A stretch of DNA of 64,000 nt from Paraspadella gotoi (GCA_051294375.1 CM119263.1:578019-642018), one strand, 5' to 3'; counted from the stretch's first letter, positions 12,310-24,667 are shown. Notes: generated from the sequence alone by a model not told the origin. Made by a program: numbers and translations.

Positions 12310-13862
12310 GGCCACCACCAGTGCTAGGTGTCATCAGGGGTGCACATTCCGGTGCTAGACGGGAAACCATCTTCGTCTTCATAACTGTCCCCATGAAGGA
12401 CGGTACGTTCAAGCGGTTGGTCGTCGTCGCCATAGTGTCGGACGGGCGTCTCCTGCTGAGGATACCCGCCGGACCTAAACTTAAGGCACTCAGGCGTGTG
12501 TTGGGCAAGTTCTGGCGGTTAAAGGGGACTTTGTTCTTCTTTCGGGCTCCTCCGGAAGTCATGACAGCGGCTTCCTACAGCTCTCCAGGGCAAGTGGGTT
12601 GTTCAGGTCCTGTAAACTCTACGGAGGTCCCACTTCGGTGGGACTGGACGAATCAACCGGTCGTAACTCAACCTCACCTCCCAGGCAGGGCGAGATTGGT
12701 CCTGGACTTCGAGTCATTAGCTCTGACCAAGAGGACGGCCACCCGAAGGGTTTCCTCGGAGGCGCTTTCCGTCCCGCAAAAGGGAAGGCGGGCGTCGTCG
12801 GGAACCATCCTCTTCTTCCGATGACGGCGGATAATCCCGGCGCCTCCCAGCGCAAATCACGGGTTCCCGTCTCGGATCAGGCTGTGGGAGCTCGACCCGG
12901 GGGAGATAAAGGTACCGGTGGTCCCGCAATAGAGAACTGGGTTCGGCGCAGTTTTCTGCCTCCGGCTCATCAAAGGCCTGCTGCGCGTCCATCGTCGTCG
13001 CCAAGAGGTTCTGGCGGCCAAAATTGTCGCGGCGATTCTTCGCGGACCGCATTCACACGCGGGACGATTGGCGTGGCGGCCCGCATGCCTGTGTTAAGGG
13101 ATTGCTCCGCACCTAGGCCGCAGGGACCAGCTGCTTCCTGTCCAGCAGCCCTCTGGGTCGTTTCAGGACGCGGCTGGCAAAACGGCAGAAAAACAGTCTG
13201 CTCGTATGGCTCAACGTCTTCGACGAAATAAGGCGTCTCGCCGCAACGTCAAAATGACGAGTCGGCTAATGTCGACGAGGCCGCCTATTTTTTGGAAATT
13301 CGGGAAAGTCAGGCGGCGCGTTAGACCTGGATCTTGCCAGATTGTTGGTGCAAGATTTTGCAAGAGGCAGCATCAGGAGCAGTGATTTTGCTGCACCCGG
13401 AAGCGGAGGAGCGAGATGGGGACCTCGGAGAGGGGCGCGAAGGCGTCAGCGGCCGTTATAGCCAAAGCCTGACGCCGCCGTCGAGCTGGAGCGCGTTCGG
13501 AAGCCGCGGTGCCGGTGATTGAGGCCTCAGCCCTTCCCCCCGGTTCGACGTGGACGGAAGATGCCAAAGCTCTGTTTCGACTTCCAGAAAGGCAAGGTGA
13601 ACCGGGAGAGGAAGTTGAAGCGGACCTTTCAGGAGCAAAGGCAGATGTGCGGCGGGTTTCGAGGCGCTCCCGCTTCACAGTGAGTGTCGCTGCGGAGCCG
13701 GCGCCGCAGAGAGAGGTCCCCGAGGCGTTTGGGCGACGTGCGTTCATCTCTTCGAGACGTCCGCTTCCCCCACTCAATCGCCGAAGGGAAAGAGCTCCGC
13801 TCGGATCGGACGAAGGGCCTAAGGGCAGCGCGGTCAGGGTGAGTCCGATTAGCAGCTTGTAA
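12310..13862 (+). CDS. Large GC-rich exon-like block with multiple frameshifts (unknown protein; errors or pseudogene)
   Basis: Follows the acceptor-like taattgcag. Overlapping plus ORFs (217, 210, 62, 117 aa) give protein-like segments: TFKRLVVVAIVSDGRLLLRIPAGPKLKALRRVLGKFW, FCLRLIKGLLRVHRRRQEVLAAKIVAAIL, SLLVWLNVFDEIRRLAAT, NVDEAAYFLEIRESQ, WTEDAKALFRLPE. Flanks have T-rich tracts ending in ttcag on the plus strand. A minus-strand acidic/proline-rich reading cannot be excluded. Confidence 0.45.
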
Positions 13863-14554
13863 GAGGGGCGTTGTTGAAATTCCATCTCCGACGTCCGCTT
13901 TCTTTGTATATAGTGGGCAGCCTTTGGTGTCCGATGGGGGTCCCGTGCGGGGAGATATTTGAGATTTGACTTTTCTTTTTTTTTGAGTTGTTTGCCGGGA
14001 CGGTTTAGTATACAGCCCTATCCTCCCTTCTGCGAGATATTGGGGGCAAATCTTATTACGGCACATCGGAATCATTGTTTAATAGTTTGGCGTAACGGAA
14101 GCTCCCTTCCCCTGTTTAAAAAACTGCTGAGCTATTTAAATATGGGTAGTTATATGTCACGTGATTTACTTGCTTAACTTGGCACAGGTAAGTTAAGTAA
14201 TATTACGGCGGCATGTTGTCCGCGTCTACGGGTTTTTCCCAGTCAGGCACCCTAAACAATTAAATTAAATGTGCTTATGGTATACAGATAAAGTCGGCAA
14301 AAGTATGTTACTTGGATTATAAACTACCTAGGTAGGTTTTAAATCTACATTTTTCCGCACAACTGTAAATACGTTATATTGGTATTTCTTAATTGTTTTA
14401 TTTCGTGCCTTTTTTAATTCAGAACACAACGAAGGTTTGACTCGTCGTTCGTCTAAGGTCAGTGGTTTCTTCTTCTTCTTGGAATTTCAATCTGACGACG
14501 TTCGACGAAGGTTAAAGTGCATTGTTAGATTATAGACTTTTCTTATTTCTAATT

Positions 14555-14771
14555 CTGCGTCCGTTCTATACGGCCAGGGACTATATGTTTCAATTATAAA
14601 TTTTTTCGTCTGCCGTCCGTATCTACGGCCAGACAAATTTTTATTATTTTTGTTCCGGGTTCGTCCGAGACCTGCCGTCCGTACCTCGGCCAGGTAATTA
14701 TATTTTCTTTCTCCTGCTCCGTAACCGCACCAGGAATTTACCCAATCTGCCGTCCTTCTCTACGGCAGATT
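14555..14771. repeat. Array of five ~22-28 bp hairpin repeats with unique AT-rich spacers
   Basis: Consensus CTG-CCGT-CCGT-aYcT-ACGG-(C)CAG at 14555, 14610, 14672, 14714 and 14747. Closing stems differ between copies but stay paired. Confidence 0.8.
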
Positions 14772-14925
14772 TTTTATTGTAAAGTTTTCGAGTAGCGTGG
14801 ATTTTCTTTTCTGTTTTGTTCTTTAAAATAACGAAAAAAAAAAAAAAGACGTCCAACGATTTTATGTCTGTCAGTATTTGTCGTGTTTGTTGTTATGACG
14901 GCGTTCTTATTTTCTTTATTTTCAG

Positions 14926-14991
14926 ACGATGCCCTGGTCGCCAGTTTAAAGAGGAAATGGTTTGAACATGGTCTTGGGAACGCTTTAGAGC
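14926..14991 (+). CDS. Candidate short internal exon
   Basis: tttcag acceptor, then (D)DALVASLKRKWFEHGLGNALEL, then gtaata donor-like sequence and an AT-rich intron. Confidence 0.4.
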
Positions 14992-15657
14992 TGTAATATT
15001 AGTTTTTATAATTATTTAGAGTTTTTAAATTTTATCCGAAGCGTTTTTAATATTAAGGGGGTTTTAATTTTCTTAAAAAATGAAATCGCGTTAATTTTTA
15101 TATTAACTTTTTTCTTTTTTATACTTAGTATATTAAAGCCTCGTTAGAGCGCGAGCCCGTCTTGGCTCTTTTTCGGGCTTATTTTTTCTCTAAATAGTTA
15201 ACGGCTCTTCGCGCCTGAAAGGATTAGGGCCTTTTTGTTTATTTTGGACGATGGCCGCTTCAAACCTTTCTTCAAAGGCTAGGTTTTCTCTTTTTCTGCG
15301 GAGCTTTGAAAAAGCTCGTCTTCGAATTTATACTATATTTTTCAATTCTGATCAATAGTTATTTTATTTCGTTTACTTCGCTTTTTCTGCTTTTATTCAA
15401 AATTCAGCTGAAAAGCTGGATTCTCCTGTGCGAAGTATGGTTTGGGACTCCGAATACGGATCGTTTCCTGTAAAACGCGGCGGCGAAATTGTTATTTTCT
15501 AATCATTTTCTTTAGTCCGATTCACCGGCGGATTCCTATTTTTTCTGCACTTAGCTAACTGTTTTTTATTGGGGTGCCCGCTCAATGCCAAAAAAATTTT
15601 TTTTTTGATCAATTTTTTTTACGTTTATTTATTTGTTTTATTTCGCATTTCTGCACT

Positions 15658-15843
15658 ATGTCGACTGATCGGCATAGAGGGCGCCTTTGGACGGAAGTCC
15701 TCCACTGTTTCTTTGCGTTGACGTCGTCACGCTAAAGGAGCATTGTCGGGAGAGGGTGTTACCTTCATGGCTGGCCGGGAGGTCCGTGGGGGCTGATCGT
15801 GCGACGGAAAGGTCGGCCCGTTCAGCCTCTCTCGCTAACGCAA
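15658..15843 (+). CDS. Candidate exon, degenerate
   Basis: GC-rich block reading MSTDRHRGRLWTEVLHCFFALTSSR*RSIVGRGCYLHGWPGGPWGLIVRRKGRPVQPLSLTQ, with one in-frame stop. Confidence 0.25.
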
Positions 15844-18800
15844 TGTATTAACGTCTTTGACCTTATTTAAATTTAATATTTTTTGCTTTTTTCCCTTTTT
15901 AGAGTATTTAGAATTTTTTTATTTTGTTATCGTTGCCGTCACTATTTCGCGATTTTTTCGGTGGGATAACGCTATATTTTATCTATATTCGTTACGCGCC
16001 CCGCAATATTGCGTTATATGACTCATCGATAATTGGTTTTCCCATGCCAAATCGATTTTCGGATGCATCGNNNNNNNNNNNNNNNNNNNNNNNNNCCCTG
16101 AGCAGCAGTGCATAATTTTGTTTTGAGTTGTTTCCTTACAACCGGAAAAGTAATGAGCTTATTTCATCTTCGCCTCAAGAATCACCTGCCAACTACGTTT
16201 GTCTTTCCGTCTCGGCTCGATTCCGGGAGAGGAGGAGGAGGAGAGGAGGAGGTATAGTCAGAGCAGTTTATTCGAAGCCACTTTCGAACTCGCAAACGGT
16301 CGAAAAGTCGCAGCGACTGATTTAGGATGTCGAAACGGTCGAATTCCGACTCATTATCAGTCGAATGCGCGGAGGAGGCCATGAAATCATTAAACCGCTG
16401 CTAATTCTCGAGATCAATTATTCATTGTAGTGAATTCAATGTTTAATAAATCAGGGGTTGCCGCTCTCATAAAACGAATATTTAGAAAGAAATACTTCAA
16501 ATGGAACAAAAAATTCTAGTAATTAATTTTTTAATATTTATTTATAGATAGGAAAGGCCAGTAAATTTTTTGTAGGTTTTTAAAATTTTAAGACCAAGAT
16601 TCAAATAAGCTCATAAAAAGTTGTCTGCAACAAAGTATAATTCTTTATTTAAATATTTTACGATAAGTGTGGTCAAAAATAGAAAAAACCATAAAAAATC
16701 ATCAAATCATCCATCATCATTTTGATGATTTTATTCAGTTTTTTTCATATTTTCATTGTAATTATATTTCTTGTTTTAAACTTTTTGTGCTCTTATCAGA
16801 TTCTATCCTAATTTAAAGAATTAAAAAAAAAAAATTTTTGCTCTATATAGTCAATATAATAGTTTTTAATTAGGGCTAGTACCTCAGAAGAAAGCATTTT
16901 GACAAACAATATTTTAATATTTTAAAAAATAAAATAAAAAACAAATAACAGAGAAAGTGAATTCAATGTTTATGAATTCAATAAAACAAATTTTCTTTAT
17001 TAATGATTTCAATATGAAATAACAGAAAGTGAATTCAAATGTTTATGAATCAATAAAACAAATTTCCTTTCCGGTTTTCTTTCTTTTTTCGCATCACTAT
17101 GATGTTTCGGTCCATCTAATTTTCAAATGCCAACATATGTTTTTTTAAAAAAGAACTATAGTGCTGATATTACGGCTTCAGTCCATGCTTTTAAAAATAC
17201 TTTATATAAAAACTGGACATAAAACGTGAATAAAATCAATGCGAATTAAATCAATTCAACAAAAAATTGATGTGAATCGGTTATAATAAAAATTCTTTAA
17301 AATCAATTTTGGAAAGAAAAAAACGAAAAAACTTATTTATTGCTTTGGCAACCGAATGTTTTTTACAATAAAAAACAAACAATTGTTTGCGAAGTACCAA
17401 CAACTACCAAAAACAAAATTTAAAAAATCATGAAATAATAATATGAATTCGCTCAAATGAATTCATTTATCATGAATTTTGTAGGCAACAGAAGAACTTA
17501 GAACGTTATTCTTTTTCTTTTACACGCATTTGAAGGAGCTGTAAGTGTCTTCTTTAAATTAAAATTCCTGCGCAAAGCTGCTTACAGCAATAATGGAAAA
17601 CTAAAATAATGGTTTCTTTTTAAAACCGAAACCTTTTCCCTAAATTAGAGATCAATAGTCATACTAATGTCTAATCTGAGATTTTTTCTTCAGAACAAGG
17701 ACAAACAAAACAAATTTCTCATTTATATCAATATTATTTGGACCAAGTTTCTAGTATCGCAATGGGGGTTTCCAATGGGGGTGAAGTTCCAATTCCAATT
17801 TAAAATTTAATCAAGTTTTTGAAGACATTTAAAAAACAGTATTAAAACACATATTGACAAATCCTTTCAAATTGTGTATGAGGCCAAAACGGAGCTCGCG
17901 ATTCGGAAAGTTGAAGACTCCTGGACGATTCCGAAAATGTATTCACATTCATCATTTTTTCAAAGGCGTTGTCGTTTTATCGAATTTTATAATTACTATA
18001 ACTAAAATAAAAAGAAAACGCTATCTGTTGAGTTGCAGCCCAAACGAACAAAAGCCGATCCAAATGAAATAATAGCAGGAATTTTTTAGGTCACGGACTC
18101 CAAATTCTATGGAAAAGTTTTTTTCTGAAAATTTCGTATTCTTCATAGAAAATTATTTAATTATTTTGTTGCCATTTAATGTTATTTCCCTTGAAATATA
18201 TTTGAATGAAAAAAGGTTTCAAAAAAAACCGGCTCATAGAATTCGCGCCCAACCTTATCCTTTCTCTTTGTTAAAATATTTTTTTTAAAACGTGCAGTCA
18301 ATGCGGTTTTTAGCTGCAACTCTTCGTTTTTAACTTTTTGTCCGTCAACAAGATTAAGTTCTGTACTTTGGTTACATCTCAAGATTCGACATGACTTCAC
18401 GATACGTACGATCCTTATAGTCCAGTCGGCTGCCTTAAACCGCCGTAATGTTAGTAATAAAAGAGATAGGGTTATCTAACATTAGTGGTGCGCAAACGCA
18501 GAAGAAACGTNNNNNNNNNNNNNNNNNNNNNNNNNACAACGAGGTGGCAGCGAGACGGGAAACAGGTGGCGAACAGGTGGCAAACACAGCAATAAAACGG
18601 AGGGAGAGAGAGAACGTCGATCACGTGATAAAAAATAGAGAGAGCAGGAGGATTAAGTCGCAAGAAAAGAAATAATTAAAATAAATATCGTTGGGCCCTC
18701 TTTTCCGAAAACGTCCTATTAGGTTGAGGATTAAGGATAGGGATTAGGTTAGGGATTATGGTTAGAGATTACGGATTATGGGTAGGGAAAAAGGGTTATG

Positions 18801-19154
18801 GATTAGATTAAACTTTTGAAAAGAGATTATAACCAAATATCATCTATCATTTGTTGATATCAAATTCAAAATTAAAGTTAACGATTACGAATCTAAACGG
18901 GTCGCTTTCGGGAAATGGTGCCAAATGATAGATAGAATTTGGCAAAAAAAATAGAAATAATAAAAAATCTAAATAGAAATAAAATTAAGAGAGAAAAAAC
19001 ATTAGGAAAACGGATTTTTATGATGATGATGATTATGATGATGACGATGATGATGATGATTATCAGTGAAAAAAAAAAAAAATACGAGAGGGATTTTCGG
19101 AACCGCAACGCTGTTATCATCACTGGTTGGCCAAAGGAAAAAGCGGGGGTCTTC

Positions 19155-19246
19155 TGGGGTCGACAGGGACCGGCAGGGATCGGCAGGGATCGGCAGGGAT
19201 CGGCATGGATCGGCTGGGGTCGGCTGGGGTCGGCTGGGATCAGCTG
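19155..19246. repeat. 10-bp minisatellite (cggcagggat/cggctggggt) x~9, just 3' of the stop codon of the minus-strand gene
   Basis: Directly visible tandem units. Confidence 0.9.
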
Positions 19247-19254
19247 ACTCGGCA

Positions 19255-19401
19255 CTAGTCGTAGATCGGAATCCAGTATCTCTTGTTGTCTTTCTTTTCG
19301 CTCTTCGGCGCCGCAAGCCGAGCAGCGCGACCTTCGGCGCCGTCAAGCACGAATTGGTACAGGTTGGTCTTCTTTCTTCCCCAGTCGTCCGCCAGGCGGT
19401 G
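19255..19401 (-). CDS. Gene A terminal exon (unknown protein)
   Basis: cttcag|CAC... reads HRLADDWGRKKTNLYQFVLDGAEGRAARLAAPKSEKKDNKRYWIPIYD* (147 nt, phase 0). Confidence 0.75.
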   Translation of the reverse strand, partial: HRLADDWGRKKTNLYQFVLDGAEGRAARLAAPKSEKKDNKRYWIPIYD

Positions 19402-20504
19402 CTGAAGACGGGGGAAGAGGGCGGGGGAGAAAGAGAGAGAGACGATAAGTGAATCTCGTAACTAATTAATTAATAAATAATTAGCTTTTTAACAATTTAT
19501 CTTGTGTTGCTATGGAAACAACGAGAGTCAAAGGACGAAGTGGAGGACATTCGACCCGAAGGGAAAATGATGAACGTCNNNNNNNNNNNNNNNNNNNNNN
19601 NNNNNNNNNNNNNNNNNNNNNNNNNNNNNNNNNNNNNNNNNNNNNNNNNNNNNNNNNNNNNNNNNNNNNNNNNNNNNNNNNNNNNNNNNNNNNNNNNNNN
19701 NNNNNNNNNNNNNNNNNNTTTTTTTTTGTAACCGAAGACACGTTTGTCTATTCCGCTTTTAGCAAATCGGCTAAAACGCCGTTTTTCTCCGAATCGGCTC
19801 AAACGCCCGCGAAAATCCCAGGATTTCTCGGGGGCTCAAGATCGAATTTTTGGGGGAGTGGGTGATGACAAGGGGATGAGGAGGTAAGTGCAAGAGTCTT
19901 GGTAAAGGTAAGGAAGGCGTCCTCATAATGAGCAAACTCTCGCCCTGGCCGATACCCGTCCGTTTTTTAGAAAATCACAGAATCTTATTGCATTCATCAT
20001 CTCTTTTTCTCACAACTCTGATTGTCACAACTTTCCTGCATTCACAACTTAACTCTCACTCTTCCGCCTTTTTTTTATTTCCTCTTCCTCCTCCTCATCC
20101 TCCTTTTCCTCTCTTCATCATCCTCCTCCTCCTCCTCATCATCCTCCTCCTCATTTTCCTCCTCCTCCTCCTTTCGTTTCCATCAACATTTTACGATTCG
20201 GTTTCCGCGAAAGAGTCACTCATTACGCCTCCTCNNNNNNNNNNNNNNNNNNNNNNNNNNNNNNNNNNNNNNNNNNNNNNNNNNNNNNNNNNNNNNNNNN
20301 NNNNNNNNNNNNNNNNNNNNNNNNNNNNNNNNNNNNNNNNNNNNNNNNNNNNNNNNNNNNNNNNNNNNNNNNNNNNNNNNNNNNNNNNNNNNNNNNNNNN
20401 NNNNNNNNNNNNNNNNNNNNNNNNNNNNNNNNNNNNNNNNNNNNNNNNNNNNNNNNNNNNNNNNNNNNNNNNNNNNNNNNNNNNNNNNNNNNNNNNNNNN
20501 NNCC

Positions 20505-21262
20505 CCGGTATCTCGATCCCTCCTTTGCTGCTTGACGTTGCTACAATCCCCCCTTCGATCCTCGTCTGCTGCATGACGTTGCTACAATCCCTCTTTCGAT
20601 CTTCGTCTGCTGCAAGACGTTGCTACCTCTGGGCCTAACTAAGTCTCTCGTCTATCGGAAACGGGAAGGCATGGGAGGTGAATAAGTATATTTCATATCT
20701 GGGTTNNNNNNNNNNNNNNNNNNNNNNNNNNNNNNNNNNNNNNNNNNNNNNNNNNNNNNNNNNNNNNNNNNNNNNNNNNNNNNNNNNNNNNNNNNNNNNN
20801 NNNNNNNNNNNNNNNNNNNNNNNNNNNNNNNNNNNNNNNNNNNNNNNNNNNNNNNNNNNNNNNNNNNNNNNNNNNNNNNNNNNNNNNNNNNNNNNNNNNN
20901 NNNNNNNNNNNNNNNNNNNNNNNNNNNNNNNNNNNNNNNNNNNNNNNNNNNNNNNNNNNNNNNNNNNNNNNNNNNNNNNNNNNNNNNNNNNNNNNNNNNN
21001 NNNNNNNNNNNNNNNNNNNNNNNNNNNNNNNNNNNNNNNNNNNNNNNNNNNNNNNNNNNNNNNNNNNNNNNNNNNNNNNNNNNNNNNNNNNNNNNNNNNN
21101 NNNNNNNNNNNNNNNNNNNNNNNNNNNNNNNNNNNNNNNNNNNNNNNNNNNNNNNNNNNNNNNNNNNNNNNNNNNNNNNNNNNNNNNNNNNNNNNNNNNN
21201 NNNNNNNNNNNNNNNNNNNNNNTTTGTCTGCTGCAAGACGTTGCTACAATCCCCCCTTTCGA
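20505..21262. repeat. ~39-bp tandem repeat spanning a gap
   Basis: tcgatcctcgtctgctgcaagacgttgctacaatccccct units at 20512-20626 and again at 21225-21262. Confidence 0.75.
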
Positions 21263-21325
21263 CTAAATCCATTCAAATTCGCCGCAACTCCTCATGGGGG
21301 AAAATCCTTCCCAGTTTTTCGCTTC

Positions 21326-21583
21326 TCCAGCAGTGAAACATTTGAGAAGAAGGTTTCTACATCAACATCAAGCTTTTCCAGCAGTGAAACATTTGAGAAG
21401 AAGGTTTCTACATCAACATCAAGCTTTTCCAGCAGTGAAACATTTGAGAAGAAGGTTTCTACATCAACATCAAGCTTTTCCAGCAGTGAAACATTTGAAA
21501 AGAAGGTTTCTACATCAACATCAAGCTTTTCCAGCAGTGAAACATTTGAGAAGAAGGTTTCTACATCAACATCAAGCTGCTGG
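21326..21583. repeat. 51-bp tandem repeat x5, near-perfect, intronic
   Basis: tccagcagtgaaacatttgagaagaaggtttctacatcaacatcaagcttt at 21326, 21377, 21428, 21479 and 21530. Confidence 0.95.
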
Positions 21584-21859
21584 TGATGGCAGAATGCGAA
21601 ATCAAAAGAATTTCAGGGTTTCACTTTCTCTCTCTCTCTCTCTCTCTCTCNNNNNNNNNNNNNNNNNNNNNNNNNNNNNNNNNNNNNNNNNNNNNNNNNN
21701 NNNNNNNNNNNNNNNNNNNNNNNNNNNNNNNNNNNNNNNNNNNNNNNNNNNNNNNNNNNNNNNNNNNNNNNNNNNNNNNNNNNNNNNNNNNNNNNNNNNN
21801 NNNNNNNNNNNNNNNNNNNNNNNNNNNNNNNNAAAACTCTTTTCAAAAAGCAATCTCAC

Positions 21860-21955
21860 CTTGTTGGCCATTATCATTTCCAACCACTCGATCTTGAAGG
21901 GAGTCTCCGCCGCGAACCGAGTCCGTTTGGATTCCAAGTAATAACCCACGTACAC
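21860..21955 (-). CDS. Gene A internal exon
   Basis: (CT)n...gaccag|GTG...AAG|gtgaga; 96 nt, phase 0-0, VYVGYYLESKRTRFAAETPFKIEWLEMIMANK. Confidence 0.8.
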
Positions 21956-21960
21956 CTGGT

Positions 21961-22031
<71 letters not shown>

Positions 22032-22098
22032 GAGTCAGTTTTTCGTTGTCTTGTCGGGTTTTACGTCTGGCTACGTGACTCATGGACGTTATCGACGA

Positions 22099-22132
<34 letters not shown>

Positions 22133-22973
22133 TTCGAGATTGACCAGAGATGTCATTTCACGAGCATCCAAGTAATCGGAGTTAGTGCTCTCAGAATTGG
22201 CTCGTTTTTTCAAAATTGCCTAAGAGCATTCGGATTGGTTGCTCAAATTTATTAAATATTTAAGCACTTAGAAATTTATTTGTAAAGAATGATATGTTGA
22301 TTGTTAAATATTCTGTATGCATTAAAGTTCATCCTTCAGTCTATCTTCTATCTTCTATCTTATGTCTTCTAACTTCTATCTTCTATCTATTTTCACCATA
22401 AAAAGTCATTCGCAAAAAAAGGGTCAGACCACCCAAGGCCTCGTGACAGAAGGTCACACCATCAAATACTTATTATTGAAAGGCCGCGCCGACTGTGACC
22501 TTTGACCTTTGACCTTTGACCCGAAGGTCTTCCCGATCGCCGCCGATAAATCCCCCCTCTCCTACTGGCCTTTTCCTNNNNNNNNNNNNNNNNNNNNNNN
22601 NNNNNNNNNNNNNNNNNNNNNNNNNNNNNNNNNNNNNNNNNNNNNNNNNNNNNNNNNNNNNNNNNNNNNNNNNNNNNNNNNNNNNNNNNNNNNNNNNNNN
22701 NNNNNNNNNNNNNNNNNNNNNNNNNNNNNNNNNNNNNNNNNNNNNNNNNNNNNNNNNNNNNNNNNNNNNNNNNNNNNNNNNNNNNNNNNNNNNNNNNNNN
22801 NNNNNNNNNNNNNNNNNNNNNNNNNNNNNNNNNNNNNNNNNNNNNNNNNNNNNNNNNNNNNNNNNNNNNNNNNNNNNNNNNNNNNNNNNNNNNNNNNNNN
22901 NNNNNNNNNNNNNNNNNNNNNNNNNNNNNNNNNNNNNNNNNNNNNNNNNNNNNNNNNNNNNNNNNNNNNNNNA

Positions 22974-23005
<32 letters not shown>

Positions 23006-23209
23006 AAATAACGTTGGCAATTCCGGACTGAGGGAGGGAGAGAAGAAAAGGTTTTCACCTTGACGAATTATGCAGAAGCGAAGAATAATAACTGCTTCGT
23101 CTTCAGCCTTATCTCTTCTCCATAAAACATTACGTCAAATATTTAGCGTAAAAAAAATAAATAAATAAATATATAAAAAACCCGAAGTTTTTTCCCCCTT
23201 TGTATTTCT

Positions 23210-23816
23210 TGTTTTTCACCTCCTCCTTTTTCCACTTTCCCTTTTTCCACTTTCCTCCTTTTCTCACTTTTCTTTCTCCACTTTCCTTCTATTTCCACTT
23301 TCCTCCTTTTTCCACTTTCCCCCTTTTTTCACTTTCTTTTTTTCCACTTTCCCTTTTTCTACTTTCATCCTTTTTCCACTTTCCTTTTTTTTCCACTTTT
23401 CTCATTTTTTCACTTTCCCTATTTCTACTTTCATCCTTTTCCCACTCTCCTCCTTTTTCCACATTCCTCCTTTTTTCACTTTCCCTTTTTTCCACTTTCC
23501 CTTTTTCTCCTTTCATCCTTTTTCCACTTTCCCTTTTTCCACTGTTTTTCCACTTTCCTCATTTTCTCACCTTTATTTTTCCACTTTCCTCTTTTTTCCA
23601 CTTTCCTCCTTTTTCCACTTTCCTCTTTATTTCATTTTTTTCCACTTTCCCTTTTTCTACTTTCATCCTTTTTCCACTTTCCTCCTTTTTCCACTTTTCT
23701 CATTTTTTCACTTTTCTTTTTTCCCTTACCTTTTTTCCCACTTTCCCTTTTTCTACTTTCATCCTTTTCTCCCTTTCCTTTTTTCCCACTTTCCCTTTTT
23801 CTACTTTCATCCTTTT
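23210..23816. repeat. Degenerate pyrimidine minisatellite (ttttccactttcc...)
   Basis: Dozens of ~14-17 bp units. Confidence 0.85.
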
Positions 23817-24667
23817 NNNNNNNNNNNNNNNNNNNNNNNNNNNNNNNNNNNNNNNNNNNNNNNNNNNNNNNNNNNNNNNNNNNNNNNNNNNNNNNNNNNN
23901 NNNNNNNNNNNNNNNNNNNNNNNNNNNNNNNNNNNNNNNNNNNNNNNNNNNNNNNNNNNNNNNNNNNNNNNNNNNNNNNNNNNNNNNNNNNNNNNNNNNN
24001 NNNNNNNNNNNNNNNNNNNNNNNNNNNNNNNNNNNNNNNNNNNNNNNNNNNNNNNNNNNNNNNNNNNNNNNNNNNNNNNNNNNNNNNNNNNNNNNNNNNN
24101 NNNNNNNNNNNNNNNNNNNNNNNNNNNNNNNNNNNNNNNNNNNNNNNNNNNNNNNNNNNNNNNNNNNNNNNNNNNNNNNNNNNNNNNNNNNNNNNNNNNN
24201 NNNNNNNNNNNNNNNNNNNNNNNNNNNNNNNNNNNNNNNNNNNNNNNNNNNNNNNNNNNNNNNNNNNNNNNNNNNNNNNNNNNNNNNNNNNNNNNNNNNN
24301 NNNNNNNNNNNNNNNNNNNNNNNNNNNNNNNNNNNNNNNNNNNNNNNNNNNNNNNNNNNNNNNNNNNNNNNNNNNNNNNNNNNNNNNNNNNNNNNNNNNN
24401 NNNNNNNNNNNNNNNNNNNNNNNNNNNNNNNNNNNNNNNNNNNNNNNNNGAGGAAGAAGAAGAAGAAGAAGGAGAAGAAGGAGAGGAAAAAGAAGAAGAA
24501 TAAGAAGAAGGAGGAGATTTAAATAAGTATGGAAATACAATAGTTGTGTATAAGAAAAAGATAAATAAAAAAAAATGATAGAGAAAGGAAGAGAAAAAGA
24601 AAAGAGACGAAAAAAAGGAGAAAATGTAGGAAAAAAAAGGAAAAAAAGATTTGATTATTTTCTTCGA

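Noticed and set aside
13905-13945. Zinc-knuckle-like H-R-T-x-K-G-C-P-L-Y on the minus strand
   Set aside because: It requires a frameshift and lacks the upstream CxxC.
14555-14771. Calling the hairpin array a CRISPR array
   Set aside because: Repeats are degenerate, spacers are irregular (13-39 nt), there are no cas genes and the context is eukaryotic. Kept as a structured repeat array.
18718-18812. Telomere-like ttaggg/ccctaa tracts (also 30978-31045)
   Set aside because: Short, highly degenerate and interstitial; not true telomeric arrays.
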